From positions 64,001 through 128,000 of IMG/VR virus record IMGVR_UViG_3300010430_000004: DNA of 64,000 nucleotides. One strand, given 5' to 3'. The stretch is from a virus. The notes below the pieces were generated by a model. It did not search any database, was not told where the DNA came from, and saw only the letters and a program-made list of their open reading frames with translations. The position numbers and the translations under genes are program-made. Each line of letters opens with the position of its first letter. Positions within the stretch are counted from its first letter, which is position 1. Of this stretch, positions 11,099-21,841 are shown in pieces.

Positions 11099-11396
11099 TT
11101 AAATCTAAGCTTTTTTCAGAAAGATTGATTTTAACTCCATCAAGCCTTCTGAGCCTATAAAATATAAAAGTAGAAAACATAAGCATGGTAGGCATTATAG
11201 TGGCGGTCATGTAGTCACCTTTAATAGTCATCATAACAGAAGATACCATTATAGTTAAAAAGGCTGTAAAGAAACCAATATAAAACATCATAAGAGTAAC
11301 TGAAGGCTTGCCACGTACAGGGTCATGTACAAACGGCCAGTTCATACCTTTTTTGCACCACTTTTCCCATCTTTCCATTACATCTGCAAAGCTCAT
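11073..11396 (-). CDS. Two-TM membrane protein, holin candidate
   Basis: GKPSVTL followed by two TM helices and a basic YRLRR; AGGAG RBS; AATCTTTA box upstream. Confidence 0.45.
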   Translation of the reverse strand: MSFADVMERWEKWCKKGMNWPFVHDPVRGKPSVTLMMFYIGFFTAFLTIMVSSVMMTIKGDYMTATIMPTMLMFSTFIFYRLRRLDGVKINLSEKSLDLSGSSDEPE

Positions 11397-11411
11397 AATA
11401 ATCTCCTACAA

Positions 11412-11419
11412 TAAAGATT
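11412..11419 (-). promoter_or_regulatory. Candidate late promoter box AATCTTTA upstream of the holin candidate
   Basis: taaagatt on the + strand in a 24-nt intergenic gap. Confidence 0.45.
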
Positions 11420-11420
11420 A

Positions 11421-11669
11421 CTAGAACTCCCATCTATATGAAATATATTTCTTATCTATAGCATTTGCCAATATAAGAGTATTCACTATCAATACTTTTT
11501 GGGTAGGAGATATTCCCTTTGTTATTCTTTTTTCATATTTTTTAATATTTTCATCTAGCCCAGCTTCTCTGGAATAGGATATAGCTAATTGATTCAAAGC
11601 CCTGTCTTGATCAGGGCTAGGTGTAATTGATATTCCAACTGCTAAAGAAAGTGTAACTATTTCGAGCAT
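11421..11669 (-). CDS. Small exported or membrane hypothetical protein
   Basis: Hydrophobic N-terminus; ends YISYRWEF. Confidence 0.5.
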   Translation of the reverse strand: MLEIVTLSLAVGISITPSPDQDRALNQLAISYSREAGLDENIKKYEKRITKGISPTQKVLIVNTLILANAIDKKYISYRWEF

Positions 11670-11836
11670 TTACAAGATTTACACTTGCCTTGTCTTAGCT
11701 TTAAAAGTTCATTTTGAAGCTTTGTATCAAGAGCATAAAATCCCTTGTCATCGATCACTTTGTTTATAAGGACTTTATTTTTCTCTTGTTCTTCAGCAAA
11801 TCTGATTTTATTACCTAATTTTTCAAAAAATTTCAC
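11657..11836 (-). CDS. 59-aa hypothetical protein missing from the ORF track
   Basis: GTG start overlaps the upstream TGA (GTGA); MKFFEKLGNKIRFAEEQEKNKVLINKVIDDKGFYALDTKLQNELLKLRQGKCKSCKCSK; fills the gap exactly. Confidence 0.55.
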   Translation of the reverse strand: MKFFEKLGNKIRFAEEQEKNKVLINKVIDDKGFYALDTKLQNELLKLRQGKCKSCKCSK

Positions 11837-12234
11837 TCTTCATCCTTTTCGCTAACAACTCCATCCACAGTGGCTGGATTGTATTTTTTCATAGCAGTTT
11901 TATTGTCGCACTCAAGGTTGCTACATTTTCTGCTATAATATACGCCATGTGGTAGATTCATCAATCTGATTTCCATAATACCACCACCACAGGTGTAGCA
12001 TTCCCATCTACTCTTGGCTTTGTTGTACTTTTTATTAATTTTTATTTGTTCTTTATCTTCTTCTATTTGCCTAGCTACTAGATCCTGAAGGTCTGCCAAT
12101 CTCTCAGAACTGGTGGCCCTACTTAGTTGGCTTCTTAATGAAGAAATCTGCCTTTTAAGTTTTTTAATAGTTTCCCTAGCTCTTTGAAGTTCATTAAGTT
12201 CTTTCTCGCCGTGAATTCTTCTACCTTTTGACAT
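11833..12234 (-). CDS. Coiled-coil and zinc-ribbon hypothetical protein
   Basis: Heptad N-half; CYTC...CSNLEC. Confidence 0.65.
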   Translation of the reverse strand: MSKGRRIHGEKELNELQRARETIKKLKRQISSLRSQLSRATSSERLADLQDLVARQIEEDKEQIKINKKYNKAKSRWECYTCGGGIMEIRLMNLPHGVYYSRKCSNLECDNKTAMKKYNPATVDGVVSEKDEE

Positions 12235-12383
12235 TGTGTATCCTTTTTAGAACCATCTTTATTAAAGATTTCGGTTTTTCCTGATTTGGTGAAAAATACT
12301 GCAATATATTCTTTTCCCATATATTGCACTACACCTCTGTCACCGTTATAGTCTACAATGTCATTTTCTATAAATTTTAACAT
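12135..12383 (-). CDS. Hypothetical protein (SH3-like beta N-terminus)
   Basis: KFIENDIVDYNGDRGVV pattern; coupled start; long 3' overlap lowers confidence. Confidence 0.4.
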   Translation of the reverse strand: MLKFIENDIVDYNGDRGVVQYMGKEYIAVFFTKSGKTEIFNKDGSKKDTQCQKVEEFTARKNLMNFKELGKLLKNLKGRFLH

Positions 12384-12601
12384 CCATGAGCCTCCGTCAA
12401 TTTAATAATATCCTCAAACCATTTGCTTATTTTGTCATGGTCGGCATTTTCTTTCTTAACCCTTAATTTGTGTGAGATTTGGCAATTATCTATATATTCC
12501 CAAACCTCATATCCAGGAGCTACATCTATTTGCAACATATTTATATCTCCTGCATTGGCTTGAATTGCCATAAACGATATTAATAACAGTAGTTTTTTCA
12601 T
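12377..12601 (-). CDS. Small secreted protein
   Basis: Signal peptide MKKLLLLISFMAIQANA; GGAGG RBS; first gene after a TAGC-class promoter. Confidence 0.65.
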   Translation of the reverse strand: MKKLLLLISFMAIQANAGDINMLQIDVAPGYEVWEYIDNCQISHKLRVKKENADHDKISKWFEDIIKLTEAHGC

Positions 12602-12618
12602 AATTCCTCCATATTTTC

Positions 12619-12648
12619 AATATAGCATGAATTTGCCAAAAAAGCTAC
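12619..12648 (-). promoter_or_regulatory. TAGC-class promoter: GTAGCT-N18-TATATT with extended -10 TG
   Basis: One of four copies with identical spacing. Confidence 0.7.
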
Positions 12649-12667
12649 TAAATTTTGTACAGTAATT

Positions 12668-12712
12668 AATCTTTAATTAAAGAATAATAAATGTTATAAA
12701 AGTAAATCTTTA
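12668..12712 (+). promoter_or_regulatory. Two AATCTTTA boxes (12668-12675 and 12705-12712) upstream of the long fibre gene
   Basis: Exact octamer twice in the divergent intergenic region; GAGG RBS follows. Confidence 0.55.
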
Positions 12713-12740
12713 TAATATAGACGCTTTATAGAGGAATTAA

Positions 12741-15700
12741 ATGTCAGTTAAACGTAGAGTAAATTTTGTAAACCAGATGCGTGTCGATGTTCCAGCTATG
12801 AAATCGATAGAATCTGGAATTAGTAATGATTTCGATGAGTTACTCAACGCTCTTGTAACTGGAGAAAATAATAGTTACGTTATTAGAGGTTTTAACGTAA
12901 ATATGACAGGAGCTATAGGCTCTGCTGCATCGGGTCTTCAGATGCTTGTTGAAGATTCTGCTATTCTTCACGGCTCTTCAAATGAGTCCGGTACATTTTT
13001 TGTAGTCCCTTCTGGAACTGCACCGCAAATTCTCAATTCTGTAACAAATACACGAGTAATCGGATCTTTTACTCCAGGCGCTCAAAACTATATAAGTCTC
13101 GAATTTGTTAGACAAGTAGATGACACTACTACTGGTCAAGTATATATATGGAATCCTGCCAATAAAAACGAAACAACTAAAACTATTCCTTTAGCAATTA
13201 CAATGGATTACAACCTAGTAATTGGAACTACCCAGCCAGCCAGCAATTCGTTGCCTATGGCTCTAGTTACTACTGATCTTAGCAATAACGTTGTAGACAT
13301 TACAAACATCAAACCAAACCTTTTAGGTCTTGGCCGTGGTGGAGCTTCCCCTGATCCCACATATTCTTATCCTTGGACAGATGGAAGAGAACCAAATGCT
13401 CTAACTTCTAGCAATTCCCTAATTGACCCATTTAAAGGTGGAGATCTTCAGCTTCAAAACTTGAAAGAGTGGATGGATGCTGTTATGTCTCGTTTCAAGG
13501 AAATCTTTGGAACACCATACTGGACTAGTGCAAATGCTTCAGGATCATTGGCCTCTCTTAGGCAAGATCTAGCAAATACCATTTTTACTGGCCGTGGAAC
13601 AGTTACCCATAGTGACACTGTTGCTGGACAAATTAACTGGTCAAATGATCTAAGTGCCGTGGTTATTGGTTCAGACATTAAATATGTTATTACTGCCAAT
13701 CCTGCCACTACAGATATTACTCTTGCCGATAATGATGTTGCTTATATTACTCTCGTAAGAGATGAAGACATTACACCAAATCTTATCTTTACCAATGCCA
13801 GCCAAGTAGTTACTTCTGTTGGTGCTATCCCATGGACAAGTGGTTTACAAGCCGGAGATTTTGTCAAAACTGCAACTGCTTCAGCTGCTCTATATTATGA
13901 AATTTTAACCGTTGACTCCCCTACCCAAGTAACTTTGGTTGAGGCTTATGCTGAAACTGATACTGGAGCTGTTGGGGTTCAATCACAATACGCTTTTGGT
14001 GGATATGAAACCAATCCCTCTCCATCTACTGATAGACATATAAAAGTTGCCCAAAGAGACCAAGTTCCTTTTGGTGAAAATATTTACTGGGTACTTTTAA
14101 GACAAGACAATGGTGGAAGTGTACCTAGAGTTTATGCTCGTTTTATTGGAAAAGAATTAGAGCAAGGTGAAACTCAAGACATTAACGATGGAACGCCTCA
14201 AGCAGTCCTAGATTATATTGGCTCATTCAGCGAATCTGATTCTGGACCAGACTATGGTCAAGCATATACGCCTCTAGTTGCTGAAGTAAGCACTATCACA
14301 GCTGTAGCAGCTTCTGACATTACTAGTGGGCAAAGATTTTCATTAAATGCTTCAAACGACATTGAACAATACTATGGTTGGTTTAACAAAGATGCTGCTG
14401 GTGGAGACCCTACACCTTCAGGTTTAACTGGTATTGAAATTCCAGTAACTACAGGTGACAACCAATTAGTTGTTGCTGCTGCCATTCAAGCTGCTGTTGA
14501 TGCTATTTCTGATTTTAATGCTGTAGATAATTTAAACGGTACAGTTACAATTACCAACGATGATGCTGGTGCTACAACTAATGCTGCAAACGTTGATGTT
14601 GGTGGAGCTTTTGCTATCGCTATTGATGTTGAAGGTACTGGAGATAGAAACAGATACGTTATTGACGAAGAAAATTTAACCAAAGGAATCAAAACTCTAG
14701 ACAAAGCTCTTGGTTTACTTCAAGATGCTATTGACGATTTGCCCTGGAAAGGCACTGCTATCAACTTTGCTGCCCTTCCTAGTAGTGGTAACTCTGATGG
14801 TGATGTTAGACTTGTATTAGATACTCGTGTTGCATATCACTGGGATGCTTCACAAAGCCTTTGGCTGCCACTTACAGGTGGATCTGGCCTCAAATTAATT
14901 GGCGGTGGAACAGTTTCATTAACTAAAGTTAAAGAACTTGTTGGTACAATAGAGCAGTTAGTTAACACTGCCAGCATTAATAATCCTAATCAAAATAACT
15001 TTACCGCTCAAACATTTACCCCTGCTGTAGACACTACTGTTAGTGCTGTTGAGCTTTTATTCTGGGGAGCTGGTTCAGCTCCTGTTGGAACAGTTACTTG
15101 TGAAATTTGGGGCACTGATGGTTCTTCTGAACCAGATGAAACAAATATTTTAGCTACTTCTACTCCGTTAGATGTAACTGGTATTCCTGATTTTGTAGAT
15201 GATATTAGACAATTTACCCTTACTGCACCAATCACGTTAACTGCTGGAACAACTTATGCTATAGTTTCTAACACAGACAATATGACTGGTGGATTTATTA
15301 GATATAGAGGATCTACTGCAAATCCTTATGCTGGTGGATCGGTCTTTGCTCAATCAAGTCCCCCAACTGGTGCTTGGTCAAACCCAGGCGGTGGAGCTTA
15401 CGATCTTTGGTTTAGAATCTTAGAAGAGCAAGATGCTCAAGAAGTTATTTATAACTCACCTAATGCTTCTCCTGATCAGTTTTTTGCTCCAAATAATAAC
15501 TATAGAATGGGTCAGAACTTTATTCCACCTGAAAGTGGAAATTTAACATCTGCTTCTTTATTTTTAGCAGGATCAGGTTTCTCAGGTTCAGGATCGATAA
15601 AAGCAGAATTATATGACACAAGTGGAAACAATCCAAATACTCTTATAGCTACTTCTACTAATACTGTAGATCCAACTACTCTTCCTAGTCACCCATCTGC

Positions 15701-18700
15701 TTCTGGTTTTCTTTTTAACTTTCCAGCAACTGCACTTGTAGGTTTGACTAAATATTCTATAGTTGTAAACTTAGAAGACGTAGTTTTTACTGGTGGAAGC
15801 ATAGGGGTATATCACAATACTGCTAACCCTGTTGCCACAACTGGAGTTGGTAGAGTATCAAGTACAAATGGTGGAGGCTCTTGGAGTTTTACTTCAGCAC
15901 ACGACCTTATAGGTACCATATCAATAGAAAGTAAAGGCGTTTCAATTAACTTTGATGCTGATATGTTTCTCGAAAAAGCTGGACTATTATATTCAGCCAA
16001 CACTATCCCAACTTCAGAAAGCCCAATAGCCCTATTAAGCGACAAAGATGTTGCTTATGTTGAGCCAAACCTAATTGCTCCTGGTGGCAATCTTGCGGTA
16101 GTTTTAGATACTCTTGATAACGTTCCACCTACTGCTGTAATTATCGGTAGAAACGATGGTGGCGAAGCTATTGTTGGTTCTTCTTCTACTAGATTAAAAG
16201 TAGGCGAATCAATCAAGCTATATGACACAATTACTGATCAGGCTCGTAACAAAGTTTACGGACATAAATCTGGTTTCTTTAGATCAGATGAACCCATAGT
16301 ATGGACTGGCTCAGAAATCCAACATACTACTGATATAATTTTTGAAACTCTCAAAGACGATGGAACAGAGCAGGCATATACAATAACCGCTCCAGCTCCA
16401 GCTGCTTTGCCAAATATAGAACAAACCGCTCAGTTAGCTTATGGTCTAGCTTTTATAGCTAACAATCATATAGCTCAGACATTTACAGTTCCAGGTGGAC
16501 AAGATTTTGATATCCTAACTTCTGCTTTTAAAATGAGAAGTCAAGGAGCCACTACTGGAACTTTTACTGCTGAAATTTGGGGTGTAGACGGCGGTGGATT
16601 GCCTGATAGCTCCAATGTCGTTGGTACAGCTACAGCTTCTTATGATGCTACAACCTTGCCTACCACTCCCACCGCTGGAGTAGATGCTACTTTTAATTTT
16701 AGTGGAGTAACATTAACTGCTGGAACTCAATACGCTTTTGTTCTAAATGGATCAGCCCTTGGTGGAAGTAATATAGAAATCGGAACAGCCAACTCTGATG
16801 TTTTACCTTCAGAAGAATTGGCCTTTGCAGCAAGCCCAGGAACAACTGGTTCTTGGAGCACAGATAATGAAGATGCTTATTTTGTTATTACTGGACAATC
16901 AGCGGCAGCTTCTCCAACGGCTCTTGCTGATGGAGAGTATGCTTACGTTACTATTGATAGAACACAAGATGCTCAGGCAATAGAATTTACTGTTGGTACT
17001 GCACCAGCTGAAGCTGCTCCAGGAAGTGAAGTAGTTATATTCGGTAAACGTAAAGATGTTTCCGGCGCTGGTTATTTACATCTTCCATTCAATAAACAAG
17101 TACTTGAGCCTGGACAGTCTGTTTTAATCGGAGCTGCTGGATCAGGCGGTAGTGGAACAATTCTTACTGCTGACGTTAAACGTAGGCTTTCTTTTAGCCC
17201 TTATTGTTATGCCACTGCAAACGAGATTGCATTAGATACCGATTCTAAAATCAACACAGTAGATTCAACTGGTGCTTATTCTCCAGCTGATAAGGCTTTT
17301 AAGTTTTCCAGCATAGGTGAAACTTTAGTTTCTAACGAATTGCTGGATGCAGACTTTTGGTCTCAGGGCAAAGACATCACTGAAGCTGAAGCCATGTTTA
17401 GATATGTACTAGCTAGCTATGATGATTCTTCGACCTTTGAATTATCTAGAGATGGTGGAAATGAATATCAAGCATTTGTACCCACTAGAATAGGTGCCAC
17501 GGACACTTTATCTGGAAAGCATGAATTTGCTGAAGAAGCTTCTTTTGCTCATTCATTTAATAATGGTGCTACAGATGGCTCTATAACTTTAACAGATGAC
17601 GCTGGACTTAACCCACTAGAGTCTGGAAGTTTTACCTTAACAGCAACTACAACTTTAAAACAGATTCCATTAAATGTAACTAAATCTGGAACTGCACTAG
17701 GAAATTATAGAATTCAAGTAGTAAAAGACGATGGAGGAAATCCTTCGACTGATACAGCAGACTTGTTATTTGAAAGCTCTGCTAAAAATATAGCTTTATT
17801 ATCTGCTGGTGCCAACGCTACTGTTTTAGATTTTACTTTAACTTTAGTTGCTGGAATCTATCATGTAGTTATTGTTACTGACACTGAATATAAAGATACT
17901 TATACTGCTAACAATGCAAACAATATAGCAGTAGAAGCCACTGGAACAGATTTAACTACTGTAGTTAATGGTAGAGAACTTTCACTATTATTAAGAGTTA
18001 CAGCTGGAACAGCCAATACTCTTTCTCAAGGTTATGGTGTTTTCTACGACAACTCTTATGGCTCTACAGATATTACCCTCAAGAAACAAATAAATAAGTT
18101 TTACTTTAGCAGTGATGATAACAAGGTTCTTTTTAATCTTAACTTTTTGCCTGATCCTGATATTTTGGTTGCTTATGATCCTTTTAGGGGTCAAACTTAT
18201 GTTGCTGCTGATGGTGTATTTAGAATCGAAGGTAACTCTGTTATTTTTGAAGCAGGAACTTTTGCTACCGATCCAACTACAGGTGCTGAAGATATTTTAA
18301 TAATCTTTAGACAAATAGTTGGAAACGGTTTTGATAATTCTGACCAAAATGCTAACAAAATTGCTTCAATAGAATCTCAACTAATTGATATTGGCGATCA
18401 ACTAGAATCTGTTTCTGATTCAATGGTTGTTCCAAAAATTGCCGCCCCTTTTACTACTGTACAAAGCAGAAGCTTAATGCCTGACCTTTCTATGGATTTA
18501 AAACCTAGATTGGGAATTGAACGCATAATGACTCAAAGTGTTTCAAAAATTCAAGATGAAATTGGTCCCAACGGTGGAGCAGTTTATGGTTTAGTAAATG
18601 ACAAATTTGACCAAATAAGATTTGTTGGGGATATTGACTCTAGAAACGACTCTTCTGGAGTATATATAGCCATTAACAACACAGATGGTACTGGATTTGT

Positions 18701-21137
18701 AGAAGTTACTTTTTACGGAACTGGGCTAAATTTATTATACTACTGGAACGGAGTAAGAGATCAGAGAGTATCTGTTGATGGCGGTGCAGAGACCACAATC
18801 AACCCGAATACATCTGGGTTGTTGAATGCTAGAAACTATACTCCAAATACTAGTGTTAATGTAGCTAGTGGATTAACTCTAGGTACTCACACAGTTAAAA
18901 TTAGAAATAACAATGGAGCTGGACAAGGTGTTCTTGGTTTTGAAATTTTAAACGAAGAAGTTAATGGAAATATTTTAACAAATCCTGGGGCACAGCTTTT
19001 CAAGGGCAAACGTTTAGTAAATTCTACCCAAGACTCTACTTCTTACAACTCAGACTTTGAATCTGGAACATTGACCACTTATGGTGGACACGTTTTAATG
19101 TACCAAAAATCCGATGGGTCTGTAGCTAAAGCCGTAAATTCTTCAGATGATACTTTGGGCACAGAATTAATCACCAATGGAACTTTTGACTCGGATATAA
19201 CTGGATGGACAAAAACTGGGGGAAGCCCAGGTACGATTACTCACTCAGCTACTTTTGGTGGAAGTTTAAGGTACAATGATACTGGTGCTGGGTATTTGCA
19301 AGCAAATGCTTTCTTTGCTACCGTTCCTGGTATAATGTATGAAATATCTGTAGATATTAAATCTATTTCTGCCAATCAGTTGGCTGCATTAGTAGGAGAT
19401 GCCGGAGAAGCTTTAGATGGAAACGGCTTTATAGGTATCCCAGGAAGATGGGGTGGCCTTGGTCTTGGTGGGGCACCTAAAGATAATATAAGGTTTAGTT
19501 TTGTTGCCCAAGGTACTAGTGCTAGAATTCAAATTTACGAAGGAAACTCTTCTGTAAACGTAACTGATGCCTTTGTGGACAATGTTTCCGTTAAGGAAGT
19601 GCCAGCAAAAGTTCTTGCAAGTGCTGACCACTCTAATGAAGAAATTATACGTAGGGTCACTTATAAAGAATTTGGTGCTGGACAGTCAACTGCCGATTTC
19701 AGTTCACCGCTTCCAACAAATGCAGGCCAAGGGCCGAGGGCATTTACTCTAGACGATGGAACTATGACTTTACTAAGTGATAATGTAGCTGTTTTTAATC
19801 GAGGAATTTATCCAAAAGATCCTAGCGATATCATCACTTTCACTTTTGTTGGAACAGGTTTGGATCTAATAAGCGTTTCCGACAATGCTTCAACAGCTTG
19901 GGATTATGACATTCATGTAGACGGAGTAAAAATTGGTTCTCCAGATCCTTCGTATTGGAACAACTTTGAAGGAACTAACAAAATAGTTTCAGGTCTTCCC
20001 TATGGAACCCACACTGTTCGTCTTCAAACAATAACAGCATCAGGCACTGCACCAGTGTTTAGAGACTTTATTATCTATGGACCTAAAACTCCGACCTTAC
20101 CTTCAGGGGCTAAGGCTGTTTCTGATTACTTTATTATGGCCGACTTTCGAGAAGCTTATAGTCAAGGGTTGTTAACAGTATCTCGTGGAGCACTAAGAAA
20201 AGACATTTCTAGAGAAATGCTTTATGTAGAAGGGACTGGTGGAGCAAACAACTGGGGATTAAGTTTTGTGCCTTCAGCAATAATTGGTGGATATCAAGCT
20301 TTTAGCGATAGGCAAGATGCTTATATGGAATACACGTTTTTTGGTACTGGATTTGACCTTAGATGGGCGGCTGACACAGGAAGAACAGCAAGCGTAGATG
20401 TAACTCTTAATGGAATTGCAGCTTCAGCAGCAAACTATCCGACAGCAGAATATTTCGAATACGGTGGAACAACAGCTAGATGGAACACAGGTCTTGGATC
20501 TTTATCAATGATAGATACAGGCCCAAACCTTGGTGTTGGCGCTGGAATAAGCAACTTGCCATTAGGAACTTATACTGTTAGGTTTTCTAACAACAATGCT
20601 GGATCTTTTATAGTGCCAGAAGCGTTAGATATTATAACACCTATTCACGCTCCTAAGCAAAATGGGCCATTTACTATTCAGGGTGCGTTAGAAGTTGGAT
20701 CTCAAGGCATTAGAGACTTGAGAAAGTTTAGCAGCAAGGACATTCCAGTTGCAAATATGTCCGGTGCTGGCTATACACAAATGCTTGACTCTTTGACGAC
20801 TTTAAGTGCTGGTCAAGTGAAACCTATTGGTTCTCCAATGAGTATTGTTCTAGAAGAAGATTCTTATGTTAATTTTACTTATAATGTTGAATACCGTTCA
20901 ACAGGGGCAGACTCAGCGGATGATTTCACTGTTTATCTAAACGGAAAAGCATTTGGGCTTAGAACTATAGATCAATCTCACTCAGCTAATAGATCAATAC
21001 AAAGATTCATTAGTGAGAGATTGTTTTTAAGAAAAGGAAGTTACACCGCTCACTTAGAAGTTGCTTCAGGAAGTGCTGTAAGCTTTACTTACAATGCCAC
21101 TAGACATAAAATGACCTATAAAGTGGAGAAAAAATGA
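12741..21137 (+). CDS. Long tail fibre / receptor-binding protein (2798 aa), multi-domain
   Basis: G/T/S-rich beta protein; four related modules starting AQTFT/GQNFI/AQTFT/SGSFT; ELITNGTFDSDITGW CBM-like insert; repeated TFxGTG...GLPYGTHTV beta-sandwich units. Confidence 0.75.
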   Translation: MSVKRRVNFVNQMRVDVPAMKSIESGISNDFDELLNALVTGENNSYVIRGFNVNMTGAIGSAASGLQMLVEDSAILHGSSNESGTFFVVPSGTAPQILNSVTNTRVIGSFTPGAQNYISLEFVRQVDDTTTGQVYIWNPANKNETTKTIPLAITMDYNLVIGTTQPASNSLPMALVTTDLSNNVVDITNIKPNLLGLGRGGASPDPTYSYPWTDGREPNALTSSNSLIDPFKGGDLQLQNLKEWMDAVMSRFKEIFGTPYWTSANASGSLASLRQDLANTIFTGRGTVTHSDTVAGQINWSNDLSAVVIGSDIKYVITANPATTDITLADNDVAYITLVRDEDITPNLIFTNASQVVTSVGAIPWTSGLQAGDFVKTATASAALYYEILTVDSPTQVTLVEAYAETDTGAVGVQSQYAFGGYETNPSPSTDRHIKVAQRDQVPFGENIYWVLLRQDNGGSVPRVYARFIGKELEQGETQDINDGTPQAVLDYIGSFSESDSGPDYGQAYTPLVAEVSTITAVAASDITSGQRFSLNASNDIEQYYGWFNKDAAGGDPTPSGLTGIEIPVTTGDNQLVVAAAIQAAVDAISDFNAVDNLNGTVTITNDDAGATTNAANVDVGGAFAIAIDVEGTGDRNRYVIDEENLTKGIKTLDKALGLLQDAIDDLPWKGTAINFAALPSSGNSDGDVRLVLDTRVAYHWDASQSLWLPLTGGSGLKLIGGGTVSLTKVKELVGTIEQLVNTASINNPNQNNFTAQTFTPAVDTTVSAVELLFWGAGSAPVGTVTCEIWGTDGSSEPDETNILATSTPLDVTGIPDFVDDIRQFTLTAPITLTAGTTYAIVSNTDNMTGGFIRYRGSTANPYAGGSVFAQSSPPTGAWSNPGGGAYDLWFRILEEQDAQEVIYNSPNASPDQFFAPNNNYRMGQNFIPPESGNLTSASLFLAGSGFSGSGSIKAELYDTSGNNPNTLIATSTNTVDPTTLPSHPSASGFLFNFPATALVGLTKYSIVVNLEDVVFTGGSIGVYHNTANPVATTGVGRVSSTNGGGSWSFTSAHDLIGTISIESKGVSINFDADMFLEKAGLLYSANTIPTSESPIALLSDKDVAYVEPNLIAPGGNLAVVLDTLDNVPPTAVIIGRNDGGEAIVGSSSTRLKVGESIKLYDTITDQARNKVYGHKSGFFRSDEPIVWTGSEIQHTTDIIFETLKDDGTEQAYTITAPAPAALPNIEQTAQLAYGLAFIANNHIAQTFTVPGGQDFDILTSAFKMRSQGATTGTFTAEIWGVDGGGLPDSSNVVGTATASYDATTLPTTPTAGVDATFNFSGVTLTAGTQYAFVLNGSALGGSNIEIGTANSDVLPSEELAFAASPGTTGSWSTDNEDAYFVITGQSAAASPTALADGEYAYVTIDRTQDAQAIEFTVGTAPAEAAPGSEVVIFGKRKDVSGAGYLHLPFNKQVLEPGQSVLIGAAGSGGSGTILTADVKRRLSFSPYCYATANEIALDTDSKINTVDSTGAYSPADKAFKFSSIGETLVSNELLDADFWSQGKDITEAEAMFRYVLASYDDSSTFELSRDGGNEYQAFVPTRIGATDTLSGKHEFAEEASFAHSFNNGATDGSITLTDDAGLNPLESGSFTLTATTTLKQIPLNVTKSGTALGNYRIQVVKDDGGNPSTDTADLLFESSAKNIALLSAGANATVLDFTLTLVAGIYHVVIVTDTEYKDTYTANNANNIAVEATGTDLTTVVNGRELSLLLRVTAGTANTLSQGYGVFYDNSYGSTDITLKKQINKFYFSSDDNKVLFNLNFLPDPDILVAYDPFRGQTYVAADGVFRIEGNSVIFEAGTFATDPTTGAEDILIIFRQIVGNGFDNSDQNANKIASIESQLIDIGDQLESVSDSMVVPKIAAPFTTVQSRSLMPDLSMDLKPRLGIERIMTQSVSKIQDEIGPNGGAVYGLVNDKFDQIRFVGDIDSRNDSSGVYIAINNTDGTGFVEVTFYGTGLNLLYYWNGVRDQRVSVDGGAETTINPNTSGLLNARNYTPNTSVNVASGLTLGTHTVKIRNNNGAGQGVLGFEILNEEVNGNILTNPGAQLFKGKRLVNSTQDSTSYNSDFESGTLTTYGGHVLMYQKSDGSVAKAVNSSDDTLGTELITNGTFDSDITGWTKTGGSPGTITHSATFGGSLRYNDTGAGYLQANAFFATVPGIMYEISVDIKSISANQLAALVGDAGEALDGNGFIGIPGRWGGLGLGGAPKDNIRFSFVAQGTSARIQIYEGNSSVNVTDAFVDNVSVKEVPAKVLASADHSNEEIIRRVTYKEFGAGQSTADFSSPLPTNAGQGPRAFTLDDGTMTLLSDNVAVFNRGIYPKDPSDIITFTFVGTGLDLISVSDNASTAWDYDIHVDGVKIGSPDPSYWNNFEGTNKIVSGLPYGTHTVRLQTITASGTAPVFRDFIIYGPKTPTLPSGAKAVSDYFIMADFREAYSQGLLTVSRGALRKDISREMLYVEGTGGANNWGLSFVPSAIIGGYQAFSDRQDAYMEYTFFGTGFDLRWAADTGRTASVDVTLNGIAASAANYPTAEYFEYGGTTARWNTGLGSLSMIDTGPNLGVGAGISNLPLGTYTVRFSNNNAGSFIVPEALDIITPIHAPKQNGPFTIQGALEVGSQGIRDLRKFSSKDIPVANMSGAGYTQMLDSLTTLSAGQVKPIGSPMSIVLEEDSYVNFTYNVEYRSTGADSADDFTVYLNGKAFGLRTIDQSHSANRSIQRFISERLFLRKGSYTAHLEVASGSAVSFTYNATRHKMTYKVEKK

Positions 21138-21841
21138 AAATAACTAGTGTAGATTCTTCAAAAGAAAAAATAGGAACACTAATTAATGCTGGCTCTGATA
21201 TTAATTTAGGGCCATCGGTGTTGACGATTGGTGGTTTGCAATATACTACAGAGTCAACTCTGGTTGTCGCAATGCCTGCTTTAGCAGAAAGTGAAAGATA
21301 TCAAGTTTATGCAGTTCAAATCGCTGGAGTTGTTAGTTTAGTTATCAGTCAAAATGAGAATTCAGTTGGTCCTTCAGGATACAATACTTGGAAACTAGTT
21401 GGAAGTTTTTATTCAAGTGTTGGTTCTAACTTTCTTCAATTTGCTAATATTAAAACTAAACCTTTTGAAGACATTGAAGAGGCCATTGATTTAGATGGAA
21501 ATGCAGATTTTACTACAGGAGAAATTACAGTTACTAGAAACGGAAATCAAATAAATATTCAAACCACTAGAGATTTGGTCTTTCCATCTCAATCTACAGC
21601 AGCTTCAACGATTGGTATATTGCCTTTGTGGGCAACCCCATTGCAAGATCAATTCAATATATATGTAAATAATGGCCCATCAAATATTGCTAGAGCTAAT
21701 GCTAGAAATAACAGAGGTTTTAATGTTGATTTTAGTAATTTTGACGGATCCAATTCCAACGAAACAACAGATTTTGGTTGGGCTCAGTTAGATTATAGAG
21801 TTCCAGGAAATACTGATAAACGAAACATTGAGGACTTATAA
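21134..21841 (+). CDS. Tail fibre-associated protein
   Basis: Beta-rich; ITVTRNGNQINI...LPLWATP motif of fibre-tip domains; coupled to neighbours. Confidence 0.55.
   Translation: MKITSVDSSKEKIGTLINAGSDINLGPSVLTIGGLQYTTESTLVVAMPALAESERYQVYAVQIAGVVSLVISQNENSVGPSGYNTWKLVGSFYSSVGSNFLQFANIKTKPFEDIEEAIDLDGNADFTTGEITVTRNGNQINIQTTRDLVFPSQSTAASTIGILPLWATPLQDQFNIYVNNGPSNIARANARNNRGFNVDFSNFDGSNSNETTDFGWAQLDYRVPGNTDKRNIEDL

Noticed and set aside
11672-11679. AATCTTGT variant of the late box before 11669
   Set aside because: Mismatched, only 10 nt from the ATG, and inside a coupled upstream ORF
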